From: Octopus vulgaris
Lineage: Eukaryota
DNA: 64,000 nucleotides
Reading direction: 5' to 3'
Assembly: GCA_951406725.2 (NCBI GenBank)
Contig: OX597817.1
Span: 104,408,001 to 104,472,000, forward strand
Shown here: positions 11,375 through 24,399 of the stretch, one piece after another
Position numbering within the stretch: position 1 is the first letter of the stretch
Layout of the letters: each line of letters begins with the position of its first letter
The notes under the pieces: generated by a model
What the model saw: the letters and a program-made list of their open reading frames with translations, nothing else
What the model was told of the DNA's origin: nothing
Databases searched by the model: none
Position numbers and translations under genes: made by a program

Positions 11375-13706
11375 CAGTAGTTTTATCCTCTTTCTTTTTG
11401 TTCTTTGTGCTATGTGGTTTTGATATATTTTCAGTTGGCTTTTCAGATTTCACTGCAACAGTGTTTTGATGATTGACACTTTGATTTCCTGTTGAATGAT
11501 CTTCAGTGCTTTTATTCTTCTTATTTTTCTTCTTAACAGTACTACTACTATTTCCTGTCTTTTCATCATCTTTAGAGGAAGAATCAGTATTTTTTATTGT
11601 TTCTGGCACAGATGAAATACTGTCAGGTAGAACGTCTGGAGCTGGTTTCAGTTCAGTGTTATTTAATTTAACTTCATTCAAAATTTCTTCAGATTCCTTC
11701 TTAATTTCAACAGTTGGTGAATCTACTGTACTTTTTGCTTCTTCTAAGGAACTGGTTGTGGTTTCTACATTTTCTTCCTCCTCCTCCTCCTCATCAGGTT
11801 CATAAACTAAAGTGTCAATCAGTTCATCACTGGCAGGACTTTCTTCTCGTTTATTGGCCAATGTACTATCTAAGTTAGTGAGTAAACTGATGCATTCATT
11901 TAAAGAACTGATAGGCTTTTCAATGTCATCACAAGGTAAATGTAAAGTTGCGCCATTTGTCTCTGTTTTGGATTCATGTGTTGAATCAACTTTGGCTTTA
12001 TCAGAATTATCACATAAGTTATCAAGGTTTAAAAATGCTGGAGTATTATCCATATCTTGCTTATTTTCATTACATTTTATTTGATTGTCTGACAATTTAG
12101 AAGACATTTTTGACAAAGAATTGGTTGTTTCTGAACTTATCTCTTGATTCAATGGTAATAGTTGGGGCAAGTTACATTCAGAAAATGAGTTCGAAGTAGC
12201 ATCAGTCACAGACAAATCTTCATTTAATAATGGCAAGACAGTTTTCCCACTGAGTTCAGAAGAAAACTCAACGCTCAAATGCTTCTCTTTCAATATTACA
12301 CTTTCAGTGGAAAACTCTGATGTTTCACCTTGTTGCTCTTTCTCAACAATCTTTATAGAATCTTCTTCAACACTTGGCTGACCTTTCTTTATTTCGTTTT
12401 CTTCCACAGTGTCAAAGTTGTTTACACAAACTTCTTCAGAGAATTCTTCAGATTTAATCTTCTGCTCAGATTGTGCTGACTCTACCAGTCTTGCATCTTC
12501 TATAAATTCTTCTAGATGATTTTCAGCAGAACTATCAATAGTTTTCAATTGATTATCTGGTTCTGATAATTTTTGCAGTGTATCTTGATCCTTAGAAAGT
12601 GTTTCTACAAAAGTCTGATCTTCTTGAAATTCGTTTTCAGGTACACTTTGTTGATAAGAGAGTTCAGTTATTCTAGTTTCGTGTTCCTCTTGTTCTGATA
12701 AGTTTTGCAGTGTATCTAGATCCTTAGAAAGTGTTTCTACAAAAGTCTGGTCTTCTCGAATTTCGTTTTCAGGTACACTTTGTTGATAAGAGAGTGCAGT
12801 TATTCTAGTTCCGTGTTCCTCTTGTTCTGATAAGTTTTGCAGTGTATCTGGATCCTTAGAAAGTGTTTCTACAAAAGTCTGGTCTTCTCGAATTTCGTTT
12901 TCAGGTACACTTTGTTGATAAGAGAGTGCAGTTATTCTAGTTCCGTGTTCCTCTTGTTCTGATAAGTTTTGCAGTGTATCTGGATCCTTAGAAAGTGTTT
13001 CTACAAAAGTCTGATCTTCATGAGTTTTGTCTTCAGGTACACTACTTAAAGGTTGCTTTATACATGTGCTCTGTTGATAAGAGATTGCAGTTACTCTAGT
13101 TTCTTGTTCATCTAGTTCTAATAATTTTTGAAATTCATCTTGATCCTTAGGAAGTGTTTCTACCAAAGTCTCTTCTTCTTGAGTTTCGTCTTCAGGAACG
13201 CTACTCAATGGTTGCTTTACATATGTGCTCTGTTGACAATGTAGTGAAGTTACTCTAGCTTTGTGTTCATCTCGTCCTAATAATTTTTGCAGTTTATCTT
13301 GATCCTTAGAAAGTGTTTCTACAAAAGTCTCCTCTTCTTGAGTTTCGTCTTCAGGTACGCTACTTAATGGTTGCTTTACATATGTGCTCTGTTGACAATA
13401 GAGTGCAGTTACTCTAGTTTCATGTTCATCTGGTTCTAATAATTTTTGCAGTTTATCTTGATTCTTGGAAAGTGTTTTTACAAAAACTTGCTTTTCTTGA
13501 GTTTGATCTTTAGATACTTTACTTGAAGGTTGCTTTACACGTGTGCTCTGTTGACAAGTAACTGCAGCTACTCTACTTTCATAATCTCTTTCTAAAGCTA
13601 GATTATTTGCTATAACAGTCCAGTCTTCAGATTTACGTGGCAAAGAGCATATAATATCTTCTGATTTTTTATCACTGCAAGACTCATCTGTTTCTTTGTC
13701 TGGCAC
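11375..13706 (-). CDS. Taxilin-family gene, 2332-nt exon encoding an acidic, repetitive N-terminal region
   Basis: Open for 777 codons. Strong acceptor ttctctttctttctttttgattag|GTG and donor ACT ACT G|gtatgt. Ends KNKKKEDKTT and joins in phase to the 1600 exon to give KKEDKTTDHVLKSL, the usual lead-in to the taxilin coiled coil. Confidence 0.85.
12550..13590 (-). repeat. Coding tandem repeat: about 3.5 units of 159 bp (53 aa) then about 3.5 units of 132 bp (44 aa)
   Basis: Unit EDQTFVETLSKDPDTLQNLSEQEEHGTRITALSYQQSVPENEIR recurs with period 132 bp (tccttagaaagtg at 12721 and 12853). Longer units carry an extra 9 aa such as STYVKQPLS. Confidence 0.95.
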
Positions 13707-13822
13707 CTAATCAAAAAGAAAGAAAGAGAAAATATTCAGAGACATTAAACAGATATAACAGTTTACAAAAAATATAGAATTTTTCAAAAAATGTTATTTT
13801 GATATTTTTAAGCATTAACATC

Positions 13823-14225
13823 AGGCATGGCTGTGACATTAAGAAGTTTGCTTTGCATCCACATGGTTTTGGGCTCAGTCCCACTGCATGACACCTTGGA
13901 TAAGTATCTTCTACTATAGCCTTGGGCCAACTAATGCCTTGTGAGTGAATTTGGTAGACAGAAACCATGTGGAAGCTCATTGTCTCTATGTGCGTATGTG
14001 TGTGCATGAGTGTGTCTTTGTTTCTGTTTGTTTCATCACCACTCAACAACTGGTGTTGGTTTGTTTACATCCCCATAACTTAGCAGTTCAGCAATAAGAG
14101 ATTGATAGAATAAGTACAAAACTTAAAAGATAAGTGCTAGGCTCCATTTATGTGCCAACTAAAAAAAAATTTTTTTTTTAAACTCAATGCAGTATTCCAG
14201 TCCAGTCCAATGACTGAACCAATTA
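13823..14225 (+). mobile_element. SINE family 1, diverged
   Basis: Head, ACCTTGGATAAG core and TGACTGAA tail are recognisable. Confidence 0.8.
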
Positions 14226-14694
14226 AAAAACAAAGATACTAATCTTCAAAAAATGAAAAAGATAAATGTACTACCTACACCTAAATAAACAAACTGTTCT
14301 TAGCATAATCTGAGCTTAGAAAAATCAAGTTAATATATTCAAAAGTAATTCAAAATTAAAATGAAAACATTAATTACATTAATAGACAATTGGTTTCAAT
14401 AAACAATCATTACTGTTTCAATATTCACTTTTCCATGCTTGTATGAGAGTCAGATGGAAATCTTTGAGGTGGATTTTCTATGGTTAGATACGCTTCCTGT
14501 CACCAACCTTCACCTATTTCAAGTAAAATTATAATTACCCATGACCAGGCATGTTTTCATGGAAGACTGGAATCAAAGGAGGACACTACTTGAATGATGA
14601 TGACACTCATTTACAAACATCACATGTGTGCACACACACACTAACTTAACCTTCAACTTTTCCTATCCAAAAGTATTTTTTAACCCACTATTTC

Positions 14695-14915
14695 GTTATC
14701 ATCCTCATCAACAACATTTAACATCTGTTTACCATATGGGCATGGTTTGGACATCCTGACAGGAACAGGCAAGACCAGGGTCCACACCAGCTTCTTTAGT
14801 TTGAATTATACAATTGAATGCCCTTCCTAAAGCCAACCACTCTACAGAGTGTGCAGGGTACTTTTTACGTGGCACCATCACCAATGCCTTTATGTGGCAC
14901 CATCACCAGTGCCAT
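14695..14915 (-). mobile_element. Old RTE 3' UTR fragment, interrupted by a younger RTE
   Basis: ATGCCCTTCCTAAAGCCAACCACTC and CTTTTTACGTGGCACC motifs are the reverse complement of the RTE 3' UTR. The pattern resumes at 16011. Confidence 0.7.
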
Positions 14916-16010
14916 CACTAGGTGACCAAGTCAGTAGCAGGGGTGGGTGTGCTGAAAGTGTAACTACTAGAGTAAGAATAGCCTGGGCAAAGTTCAGAGA
15001 GCTCTTACCTCTGCTGGTGACAAAAGGCCTCTTGCTCAGAGTAAAAGGCAAACTGTATGACGCATGTGTACAAACAGCCATGCTACATGGCAGTGAAACT
15101 TGGGCCGTGACTGCTGAGGATATGCGTAAGCTCGCAAGAAATGAAGCCAGTATGCTCCGATGGATGTGTAATGTCAGTGTACATACTTGACAGAGTGTAA
15201 GTACCTTGAGAGAAAAGTTGGACCTAAGAAGCATCAGTTGTGGTGTGCAAGAGAAACGTTTGCGCTGGTATGGTCATGTAGCGAGAAAGGATGAAGATAA
15301 TTGTGTGAAAAGTGCCACACCCTAGCAGGTGAGGGAACCTGTCGAAGAGGTAGACCCAGGAAAACCTGGGACGAGGTGGTGAAGCACGACCTTTGAACTT
15401 TAGGTCTCACCGAGGAAATGACCAGAGACCGAGACCTTTGGAAGTATGCTGTGCGTGGGAAGACCCGGCAGGACAAGTGAGACCATAAACCGTGGCCTGG
15501 GAAGACCCGGCAGGACAAGTGAGACCATAACCCGTGGCCTCTACCTGGGACGTAGCCAGCCCACTTATGCATACCTTTCCTTCTTGTGACACAAACCCTA
15601 CTTGTGAAGACCTGTTGAGGCAAGTGAAAATCAAAATCAAAATCAATCAACATCAATGGAAATTGTAGCTGTGATACCAGTGCCGGTGGCATGTAAGAGA
15701 ACCATTCGAACGTGGCCGTTGCCAGCACCATCCAATTGTGGCCGTTGCCAGCCTCGTCTGGCCCCCGTGCTGGTGACACGTAAAAAGCACCATCCGATCG
15801 TGGCCGTTTGCCAGCCTCGTCTGGCACCTGTGCAGGTGGCACGTAAAAAGCACCCACTACACTCACGGAGTGGTTGGCGTTAGGAAGGGCATCCAGCTGA
15901 AGAAACACTGCCAGATTAAACTGGGCCTGGTGCAGCCTTCTGGCTTCCCAGGCCCCAGTTGAACCGTCCAACCCATGCTAGCATGGAAAACGGACGTTAA
16001 ACAATGATGA
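14916..16010 (+). mobile_element. 5'-truncated RTE LINE
   Basis: LGDQVSSRGGCAESVT..RIAWAKFRELLPLL through the 3' UTR and atgatga tail. Contains a stop, a frameshift and a roughly 40-bp internal duplication at about 15457-15540. Confidence 0.95.
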
Positions 16011-16347
16011 ATACCAGCGCTTTTTATGCGGCACCAACCCAGTGCTTTTTATGTGGTACCAACACCAGTGCTTATTATGTGCCACCAACACCAGTGCTTT
16101 TTATGTGACACCAATACCAGCGCTTTTTATGTGGCACCAATACCAGTACTTTTTATGTGGCACCAATACCAGTGCTTTTTATGTGGTACCAATACCAGTG
16201 ATTTTTATGTGGCACCAATATCAGTGCTTTTTATGTGGCACCAATACCAGTGCTTTTTATGTGGCACCAATACCAGTGATTTTTATGTGGCACCAATATC
16301 AGTGCTTTTTATGTGGCACCAACAGCAGTCCTTTTTACATGGCACCT
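16011..16347. repeat. 26-bp minisatellite, about 13 copies
   Basis: Unit ATACCAGTGCTTTTTATGTGGCACCA repeated head to tail with point variants. Confidence 0.95.
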
Positions 16348-17079
16348 TGATTTTAGGGACTCAATTCTGTGTGGTAGGCAGGCCTTATTGAGTTAACTCA
16401 ATATGTCAACAACAATTCTTGCTGGAAAGAATACAGTTTTCTAAAATGAATAAAGAAATTGAAAGAATTGTTTTGGTTCAATGACATGTTTACAGGAGAT
16501 CTAGGTTCATATCGCACAAGCATCCTTTGATGTTATCTAAAGTGTTTCTTAACCCAATATTTACATGCTATTATTTATAGCTTTCTTTATCTGCTTTCAC
16601 ATTAACCATTCCAAAAGAGAATTATTAATCTAAATCAAATTAATTTAATACGGTCCTAAAAATACCAACTTAAATCTTGTTTAACTTGGCCAACAACAAA
16701 CAACAGCAGAAATAACTATCTGAAACATGCAGTCAACTGAGAAAACAGACTAAGCTTTTACAAGAAGAAATCAAGTTAAACATAGAGAAGACAGTAAACA
16801 ATGTTTGGTTCTTAGCAGTGAAGTATAAGAAACATGTAAGCAAACATCAAGACAAATAGAAGGTTTGGATACATAAAAAAAATTTGAGCTTCCTGATGTC
16901 ATTCAACCTAAAATATATTTTCATTTCAGACACATGAAAATATTTCATAGATCACATAAATGTTTTAAGATTAGAAAGAATATGTTAGCTGCTTTCACCC
17001 CTCAAAATAAAAAATATAAGCTCAGCTTTATTCATTAATCCATTTAACACAAAAGAAAAAAAGTAACACTTTCATCAAC

Positions 17080-17113
17080 CATGTTGCTAGAACTTGTACT
17101 TAACTCCATTTGT
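17080..17113 (-). CDS. Possible small upstream taxilin exon (QMELSTSSSNM)
   Basis: Acceptor ttaatcatcttag and phases compatible with 19989-20014 upstream and 13706 downstream, but the donor ATG|gttgat is weak. Confidence 0.3.
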
Positions 17114-18247
17114 CTAAGATGATTAAGACAATGAGAAATAAACTCCACTGATCCTCTGGATATTTTTCTAACAAAAAAACCAGCCCATTCTTGACAAATT
17201 TTAGTTGCTTGATTTATTATATATCTTAGGATAAAATCTGTTATGGTTGTGCTCATGATTGTGTATGTAATATTTTATAATTCTACATTATCTGATTTAT
17301 GGTAGCTAATTCTTACATAGATGCTTCCAATCTGACTTGTAGTCAGAGGAGTCATCAGTCCAAAGTAGTTCCTGTTTGCAGTTATTGTCATCCTGCATGA
17401 GCCATATACATATCATTTGGCATTGGTTCTATAGCTAGATGCCCTTCCTAATACCAACCACTTTTAAAGTGTCTTAGTTACATTTTAAGGCAACAGCATT
17501 TGAGAGGCTGTCCTGATTCTTGCGTTTAAAAGATTACCATGGTGCTGACATTTAATTTTCTCCTTATTTTAATTTTAACCTCAAGAATTTTTGGTATTGG
17601 AAATACAGGTTTATTAGGCATCTCAAAAATTCATTAAGTTAGTAAGACAGCAAGCTGGCATTCTCATTGCAGTGTCCAATAGCAGGCCTTGTAATACTTG
17701 TCCTAGTTCTTTAACTCTTATGTTCTGAGTTCAAATTCCAACACAGCAGACTTTGTCTTTCATTTTGTCGGGCCTGGTAAATGAAATACCAGTCAAATCT
17801 TAGGACCATTTCCTCTCTCTCTCTCTCTCTCTCAGAACCAGTTATGTTATGTGGACTAACAAGTGAGCATTGACATTATGGCTTCTGCCACTCTGGGGCT
17901 CATTAAAAAAGATAATTAATTTAGTTTATTTTCTGTAGAATGAGATAGAGCAATTAGGTATTATGTTTTAAAGAATACACTGTAGTATATGAGAGTAATT
18001 TGGCATAAGTTAAAAATCAATAAATATTATTCCTGTTTCTTTATGAAGCTGGACTTATTGGGCCTTTTTATTGGTTGGTGAGATATTCATGATTCTATTA
18101 AGTCTCAGGTTAGTCCTGATCCAGTAAATGTACAGTCAAAGATATTCTAACAGTGACCATATTTCTCTATTTTCAGATATAATGTATATAAGTCTAAAAT
18201 ATACAAGATATCCTTCTTTTCTTCAAGATAAACATCAGCATGTGGTT

Positions 18248-18464
18248 TAACCCTTCAGCATTCAATCCAGCCAAATATTATACCGGTTTTATGTTAAAAC
18301 TGACCAAATCCAACCTCTCACATCTACCCTATAATGTCACTCTAAAAACATACAAACACACCACTGAAATTTTGAAGCTTCGAACTAATGTGTGATTAAT
18401 TCAAAACAATGTGAATAAATAAGCATCACATTTGACAAAAAAATCTGAATGCTTGAGGGTTAAG
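18248..18464. mobile_element. TTAA-flanked (piggyBac-type) MITE
   Basis: ttaa CCCTTCAGCATTCA ... TGAATGCTTGAGGG ttaa. Same family at 46020-46722 and 60481-60705. Confidence 0.8.
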
Positions 18465-19988
18465 GTAGCTTTTGCTGCTTTTTCTAGCAGGTTGAACAAC
18501 CATATAGAAATGGTTATTGGTTCCTTATTCTTCATTTGTGATGTAACCCAAGGTAATAATGGCAAGCTAGAAGAATTATTTCCAAATAGTTTCAACAGCT
18601 AGTTTTATAGAACCAGAATTTCAAAATTTAATATAGGCCTGCAAAAATGTTTAGTGTAGCTCCCAGTTCAAGGGTATAAAAAAATGTTATAATTATCTTT
18701 TTTTAATTTTAAAACAGTCTGTTAAATATATGTATCACTAGCATGCGTTCAGAGACAAGAGCCCATCCGATTGGTCACCTTAGGGAATCTTTATCTCAAG
18801 CAATGGAGAAAAACTTACGAATTTATATAAAAGCTGTACCCTATTTCCCTTTCACTTTGTCTATACACACACACACCAAACTTCTTTTTTTTTTTTTTAA
18901 ATTTACGTATGTGTTGCTCCTGGATGGTTTTGTTGATGATATTGAAAGGATTGCAACAGAACAGTGCTAGATTTTTATTAAGTATTTGTCTTCTAGAGAA
19001 CTGTATGCAGTCATCAGACAATTTTTATCAATATTCCCACTCCACTCTCAGGACTCTTAATGCGCTTATTTGTACACCATGTGGATGAGATTTTCCCACA
19101 GATCTCTAGTGTTTGCTAATATACCATATTCTTTCCTTTTCTTATCGTTAATAATGTTGTTATACCAAATATTATCCTTTGATCCATTTACTTTGGACTA
19201 CATTACGAATAAGGATTTTAAGAATTGCCCTTATTCAGCCCGTGAGATCTAATTTATGCTTCAGTCTGGCCCACATAGGCCAAACCAGTTTGACACCCTC
19301 GATTTAATGTGCAGAAAGTTTAAGAAGTCGCGTTTGCCTGTTTTTAGTATTTTAATTTCTCTTGTCTCAAGTGCAAACAGCTGACTACCTATTTTAAGTA
19401 TATTTCATAGATGTGAGCCAACGAGGGAATTTGCAGTGGCTCAGCCTGCTACAAATAGAAACCAAAATGACTCTAAAATTACACCTTACTGACTTGATAA
19501 AAGGATACAATGGACAATGCACTCCTTGATAGATTGAAAAGGCAAATAGTCATTTGATCAGGATTAACATGGTGCTAAATAACATATTTGGTAACTGGGT
19601 ATTACGGATAATAATTGGAATTGGTTAGTGGAAGCATTCAACAAAAAGCACCCTTCTCTGAATATTGTCTTAGAATAACTGCGTTATCTTAGGTTACCAT
19701 AGTGAAACTATCGAAAAGTTCAATCACTGAACAAAATTAAACAATTAAGGAATAACACACATGTCCAATATACTAACGATTAACTTGTCGAAATACCAAT
19801 TCTAGAGAACTAAATAAACTAAAAAGAAAGTAGCAACGTGAAACTAAATGAAGTGTTAATTTTCAGAGAAAACAGAGGTCGAGATTATAAACAATGGTGG
19901 CATCAGGATTAAAATACCCTGTATTGAAAGATGATTTCATTTCAGTATAGATTGTTAGTGTTGACTTACAAAGGAGATATAAACTTAC

Positions 19989-20014
19989 AACATTTGTAGT
20001 CCAGAATTTATGAG
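19989..20014 (-). CDS. Possible 26-nt taxilin exon containing a start codon (ATG TT)
   Basis: aaatcctcaacag|ctcataaattctggactacaaATGTT|gtaagt. Good splice sites but no homology support. Confidence 0.3.
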
Positions 20015-20711
20015 CTGTTGAGGATTTTACAAAAATAATTTAATTTACTTAATTGTTTAAACTGTTAAATATTTGAGACTATAAGCAAGTTAGATATTTA
20101 CTTTCAAACAGGTGGAACAAGATTTAAAATATCCACTTTTACCCGATATATGTCAAAGTGAGATAGTGTAAAATGTCAACAGCAGTAAGGGAATAGGATT
20201 TCAACTTGTTCAAATATGGAGCAAATAAGTAAGGAAGGGACCTCAGGAGAGGTGTGGCAACACTCTTCGGCTAACAAAAACGAATACACATTACAATCTA
20301 ATGGCTTTAACGATATCATCTAAATTGGATTATCAAAACAGTTGTAAACTGAATAAGCAGAAAAATTAAGAATTTCTTTCAAAGTTTAAGTACCAAACCA
20401 GAGGTCAGAGGTGTCGAATGGCTGCACCATTAATTGGAATAAAAATCGAAGTAAAAGAGGCGGTTACTCTAAACAAGCCACAAGCGATCTTAGAATACAG
20501 GGTAATCAAACTGAGGTACAAATTGCGAATATATATTTCGTAAAAAAAAAAAAAGATAGTCTGGATGTCATATATAATCAAGTTTTAAACAAGCGAGAAA
20601 AAATGTAAACATCAAAATATGCGCTTATTTTTTTTATATAATACTGACAAAATAACAGCAAAGTACAAGAATAGCGTAAAGAACTAATTTTAAATAAACT
20701 TAAAATGAAAA

Positions 20712-20742
<31 letters not shown>

Positions 20743-22508
20743 TACGTACAGTTGATCATACCCGAAAGGGTAAGTAATGTAGAAAGAAGTGCTAAAAATA
20801 AAGCAAGAGCTGTCGGCAGAAAGACGAATTCCCTATTAGGCAAGACTAGATCAAGGGAGGCAATCCAACGGTAACATACACCAAGAACACATGGCGAAAA
20901 GCAGAGAAGCGTAATATTTGGTCCCCTCTAAAGCAATGACACAACTAATGTATACAAGTTACGCAACTTCTAAATAGTTTAGTACCAATATTGTTTCTAA
21001 ATGATTTTTTGAAAATCTGAATGAGTTTTGTATTTAGTTGTTTCTAATCGAAATCTTAATAAGTAAACTTCACCTTGAGCATTTGAAATAGTATATAATT
21101 AGCTGGTATCTTAAGCAACGAATACATTAACAGGTGAAAAAGTACTCAATACTAAAAATTATGCGTCTAATATTTTATGTATATTATAATTTCGGTATAA
21201 AGAAATATTAATTAATACAAAATATATATATATATAATTTGTAAGTAAAGAGAAAATACATAATCTAAAATAAAAGTGAAATAAAAACTTCCCAATTAGA
21301 ATTTAAAAGAATATGTTTTAACGCTTGATATAAAGTAGGGTGCCAGTAAATCCGCAACTTACAGATTGACAGCAAACACAGCCTTGAAGTTTGGTTAAAA
21401 ACATGAGTTGCAGCTAAGAAACTTTCTTTCACAAAGCTCGCAGCTAACTGCCAAGTGTAGGTGAACTTAGCAACACATACTTGCGAACTGCATGAAGTAT
21501 GCATCCCGTGGGGGAGGGGGAATAAGTAGAGTAGTGCGTTATAGAAAGAAAAAAACAATGCTTAATGGGGGTGAAAGCTAAAGTTTGAGTAGATTTATAA
21601 CTCTGCAGTGGATTAGCTAATCAAAACAACTTAAAATTCCAAGTATTGGGGGGGGGGTTCATCAGTTGCTTATATGAAATATACGCAACTTCACGACTTT
21701 TTCGCTCATTACAACACAAGATCCTTAAATTGTGGTAATAACAAGCAACATTGCTGGTGGTATTTCCACGTGCAAGTTCATAATACATCACAAATGCGTC
21801 TAATCTTAAATCTAGGAAACTGTTTTAATATTTTATTAAACTTTATTGAAATTACAGAACTTCGATTAAAACTAACTTTGAAACAGTATATAAAATGACG
21901 AATTGGTCTGTAATAGTTACCCAAGGTGAAATTAACGTTTTAGCTAATTAATGTTGCTTAGCTCCAACTTGTGTGAACAGTCTATGATCAAATGCATCTT
22001 AACATGAACTTATTCTCACTTTTCTTTTTTTAAGATGGTAGGATGTGATTTAGCGGGCTATTTCTAACAAGTCGAACGATCGCGTAGGAACCGAGAAGGG
22101 GAACCTTTCAAACCGCCAGCAACGGAAATTTCGCCTGCATTCAAATTGCTGAAACACTTCGTTGACGAAGTCTTCGAAACTCCATCAATTCATTATAAAG
22201 CACACTTAGGAATATCTAAAATTAAAGATACATCATTTTTCTCGGGATAGATGTGGCCCTACATGTTCAAGTAGCCCCTTGTACAAATGTTCCCCCACCA
22301 CCTCCCTACTTCTAACATACACGCTCACTTCGTAGGTTTGGCCAATTACTTTCCCTTACATACGCAGGAGGCCTTAAGAGAGTTACAGCTTGAGAATTAG
22401 TGAAGTTAATGATTTTCCTCGCACAAGTATAAATAAATATTATTTTAAGAATTCAGTATAAGAAACATTTACCAAATATGAAGATAGTTAATGAGAAAAT
22501 CTACTCAC

Positions 22509-22625
22509 TTATAAAGGACCGATGACAATGATAAACGAATATTCAAAATATTTTTTTTTTTTGTAACACGGGAAGTTGAAGTTTAGAAGGTAGGCTAGCG
22601 GAAGTTCAGGACCATAGCTCTTTTG
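22509..22625 (-). promoter_or_regulatory. Candidate first (5' UTR) exon and promoter of the taxilin gene
   Basis: Donor AA|gtgagtag on the minus strand at 22508. Nearby ETS-like CGGGAAGT and GCGGAAGT motifs. CpG is better preserved across about 20-34 kb than in the flanking gene bodies. Confidence 0.4.
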
Positions 22626-22809
22626 TCGATCGCTTCTGTATTGATTAGTTGTGTACAGATAAGGCACATTTAACCAACTAGCATTGAGTTAGTCGTCCGT
22701 TGACTGATGAAATGTAAAATGCATTATTTATGAATTACAGCGCTAATTTCTGAACACAGTAACAATATACGAGCACCAAAAACAAATAGATGTAAATTAT
22801 TATTATTAT

Positions 22810-23370
22810 TCTGCCAAGGTCGACTTTGCCTTTCATCCTATCGGGGTCGATAAAATAAGTACTAGTTGATTACTGGTGTCACTGTAATCGACTTACCCAC
22901 TTCCCGGAAATTACTGGCCTTGTGCCAAAATTTGAAACCATTATTATTGTTGTTCTGCCTTTCATTCTTTCAAGATCGATAAAATAAGTACTGGTCGACG
23001 TAATCATCTAGACTCCTGCCACCAAACTTTCATAATTGTTATTGTTGTTGCTGCTACTGCTGTTGTTCCGCCGAGGTCGACTTTATCTTTCATCCCTTTC
23101 TGAGTCGATAAAATAAGTACCAGTTGAGCACTGGGATCGATGTAATCGACTTTCCCCACCCTCACAACTGCTGGCCTTGTGCCAAAATAAGAAAGGGTTA
23201 TTAATATCATTGATGTTGTTATTACATCAGACAAAATGCATTTCGTCCATCTTTACGTTCTGAGTTCAAATTTTGCCGAGGTCAACTTTGCCTTGCAACC
23301 TTTTGGCGTCGATAAAACAAGTACCAGTTGAGCACTGGAGTCGACGTAATTGACTAATCCCCTTCCCCCA
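22810..23370 (+). mobile_element. Cluster of 3-4 partial Nin/Deu-domain SINEs in tandem
   Basis: Recurrent GCCGAGGTCGACTTTGCCTTTCATCC..GGGGTCGATAAAATAAGTACCAGTTGAGCACTGG units separated by (ATT)/(GTT) tails. Confidence 0.85.
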
Positions 23371-23699
23371 ACATAATCACAGTCTGCACTCTCAGAAAGT
23401 TATGAAGAAACAAAAGATGGGGTGAAGGCACTGAACTAGTTTTACCCAGTTCCTGAATAAGCAAACCCAATCATGACCATCACGTCTTTTATCAAGACAC
23501 ACTATACCCTGGACTACGCTATTTGATGTGTTCTTTCTTCTGGATTTTTATTTTTAAGACGGCAGGATGTCCTGTGGGAAATGAGACTGCTATTTCTAGC
23601 ATGCCGGACGACAGAGCAGGTGTGAAGAGCTCTCTTAAATTCAAATCTGAAAGTAGGAGGGAAAAAAACGAAGGAGCACTTTCGATGCTTAGGAATCAG

Positions 23700-24290
23700 C
23701 AGAGTAATCTCTCCAGTTTTGATGTTCTATGCTATCTAAGTCATGTCTCAGTTCCTTCCTACGGCATCGAGATGCGACACTTTCCTCAATATATGCGCTG
23801 TTCTAAGTATAGCTGCGTACTGCCAATGATGTTTGATAGTTCCAACTTCTTATATTTGGTTTTTGTGTTCTTTTTAAGTGATTCCGAAATCACGAAGGAT
23901 AACATCTTGACTTTTTGTGGCTCTATGAATATGCTCAACTTTAAATACCAGGTCTTGATACCTTGCGGCTCTCTCGTGCACTGTCTTCACATTCTTTTGA
24001 TCTGCTGGTACCTCTCAGTCAATAAAGATGCGTTATTTGGTTTCTTTCCGGAGAAGAATGATATCTGGTCGAAGATTTTTAGTTTCTTAACTGTAGATTG
24101 TCATATCCCACATGAGTTTCATGTGATCATTGACTGCGACTGGCAAGAGTTGGTATTCGTACCACTTGTTGGTCCACTCTTACCCGTACCTCCTTCACAT
24201 CTCCCAGTCTATCCTCTGTACAACGTCTTGGTATTTTCTGTATTCCTTGTACTCCTTCGGGACCACTTTTTCAGGTGAATTTCTATACAA
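23700..24290 (-). mobile_element. R4/Dong-clade non-LTR retrotransposon 3' remnant (restriction-like endonuclease)
   Basis: Minus strand reads KEY..YQDVVQRIDWEM..YG..KWYEY...KLMWDMTIY...RPDIILL..RIFID, the PD..D RLE signature, with stops. Confidence 0.75.
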
Positions 24291-24399
24291 TCTACTCAGA
24301 AGAGATTCTATTGGCTTAGCTGTGTTGTATTTCATTGAATTCACAAATTTTGTCCTTGAGCCACAAGAGTCAAGCCTCTGCCTTAAATGATATTTTAAA

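Noticed and set aside
16011-16347. CRISPR-like array
   Set aside because: Units are directly adjacent with no unique spacers, there are no cas genes, and the context is eukaryotic. It is a minisatellite.
18630-19302. hAT element with transposase remnant
   Set aside because: Only one hAT-like end (CCAGTTTGACACCCTCG) is visible and coding similarity is too weak to call.
23523-24278. 251-aa plus-strand ORF
   Set aside because: Antisense shadow of a decayed R4/Dong retrotransposon.
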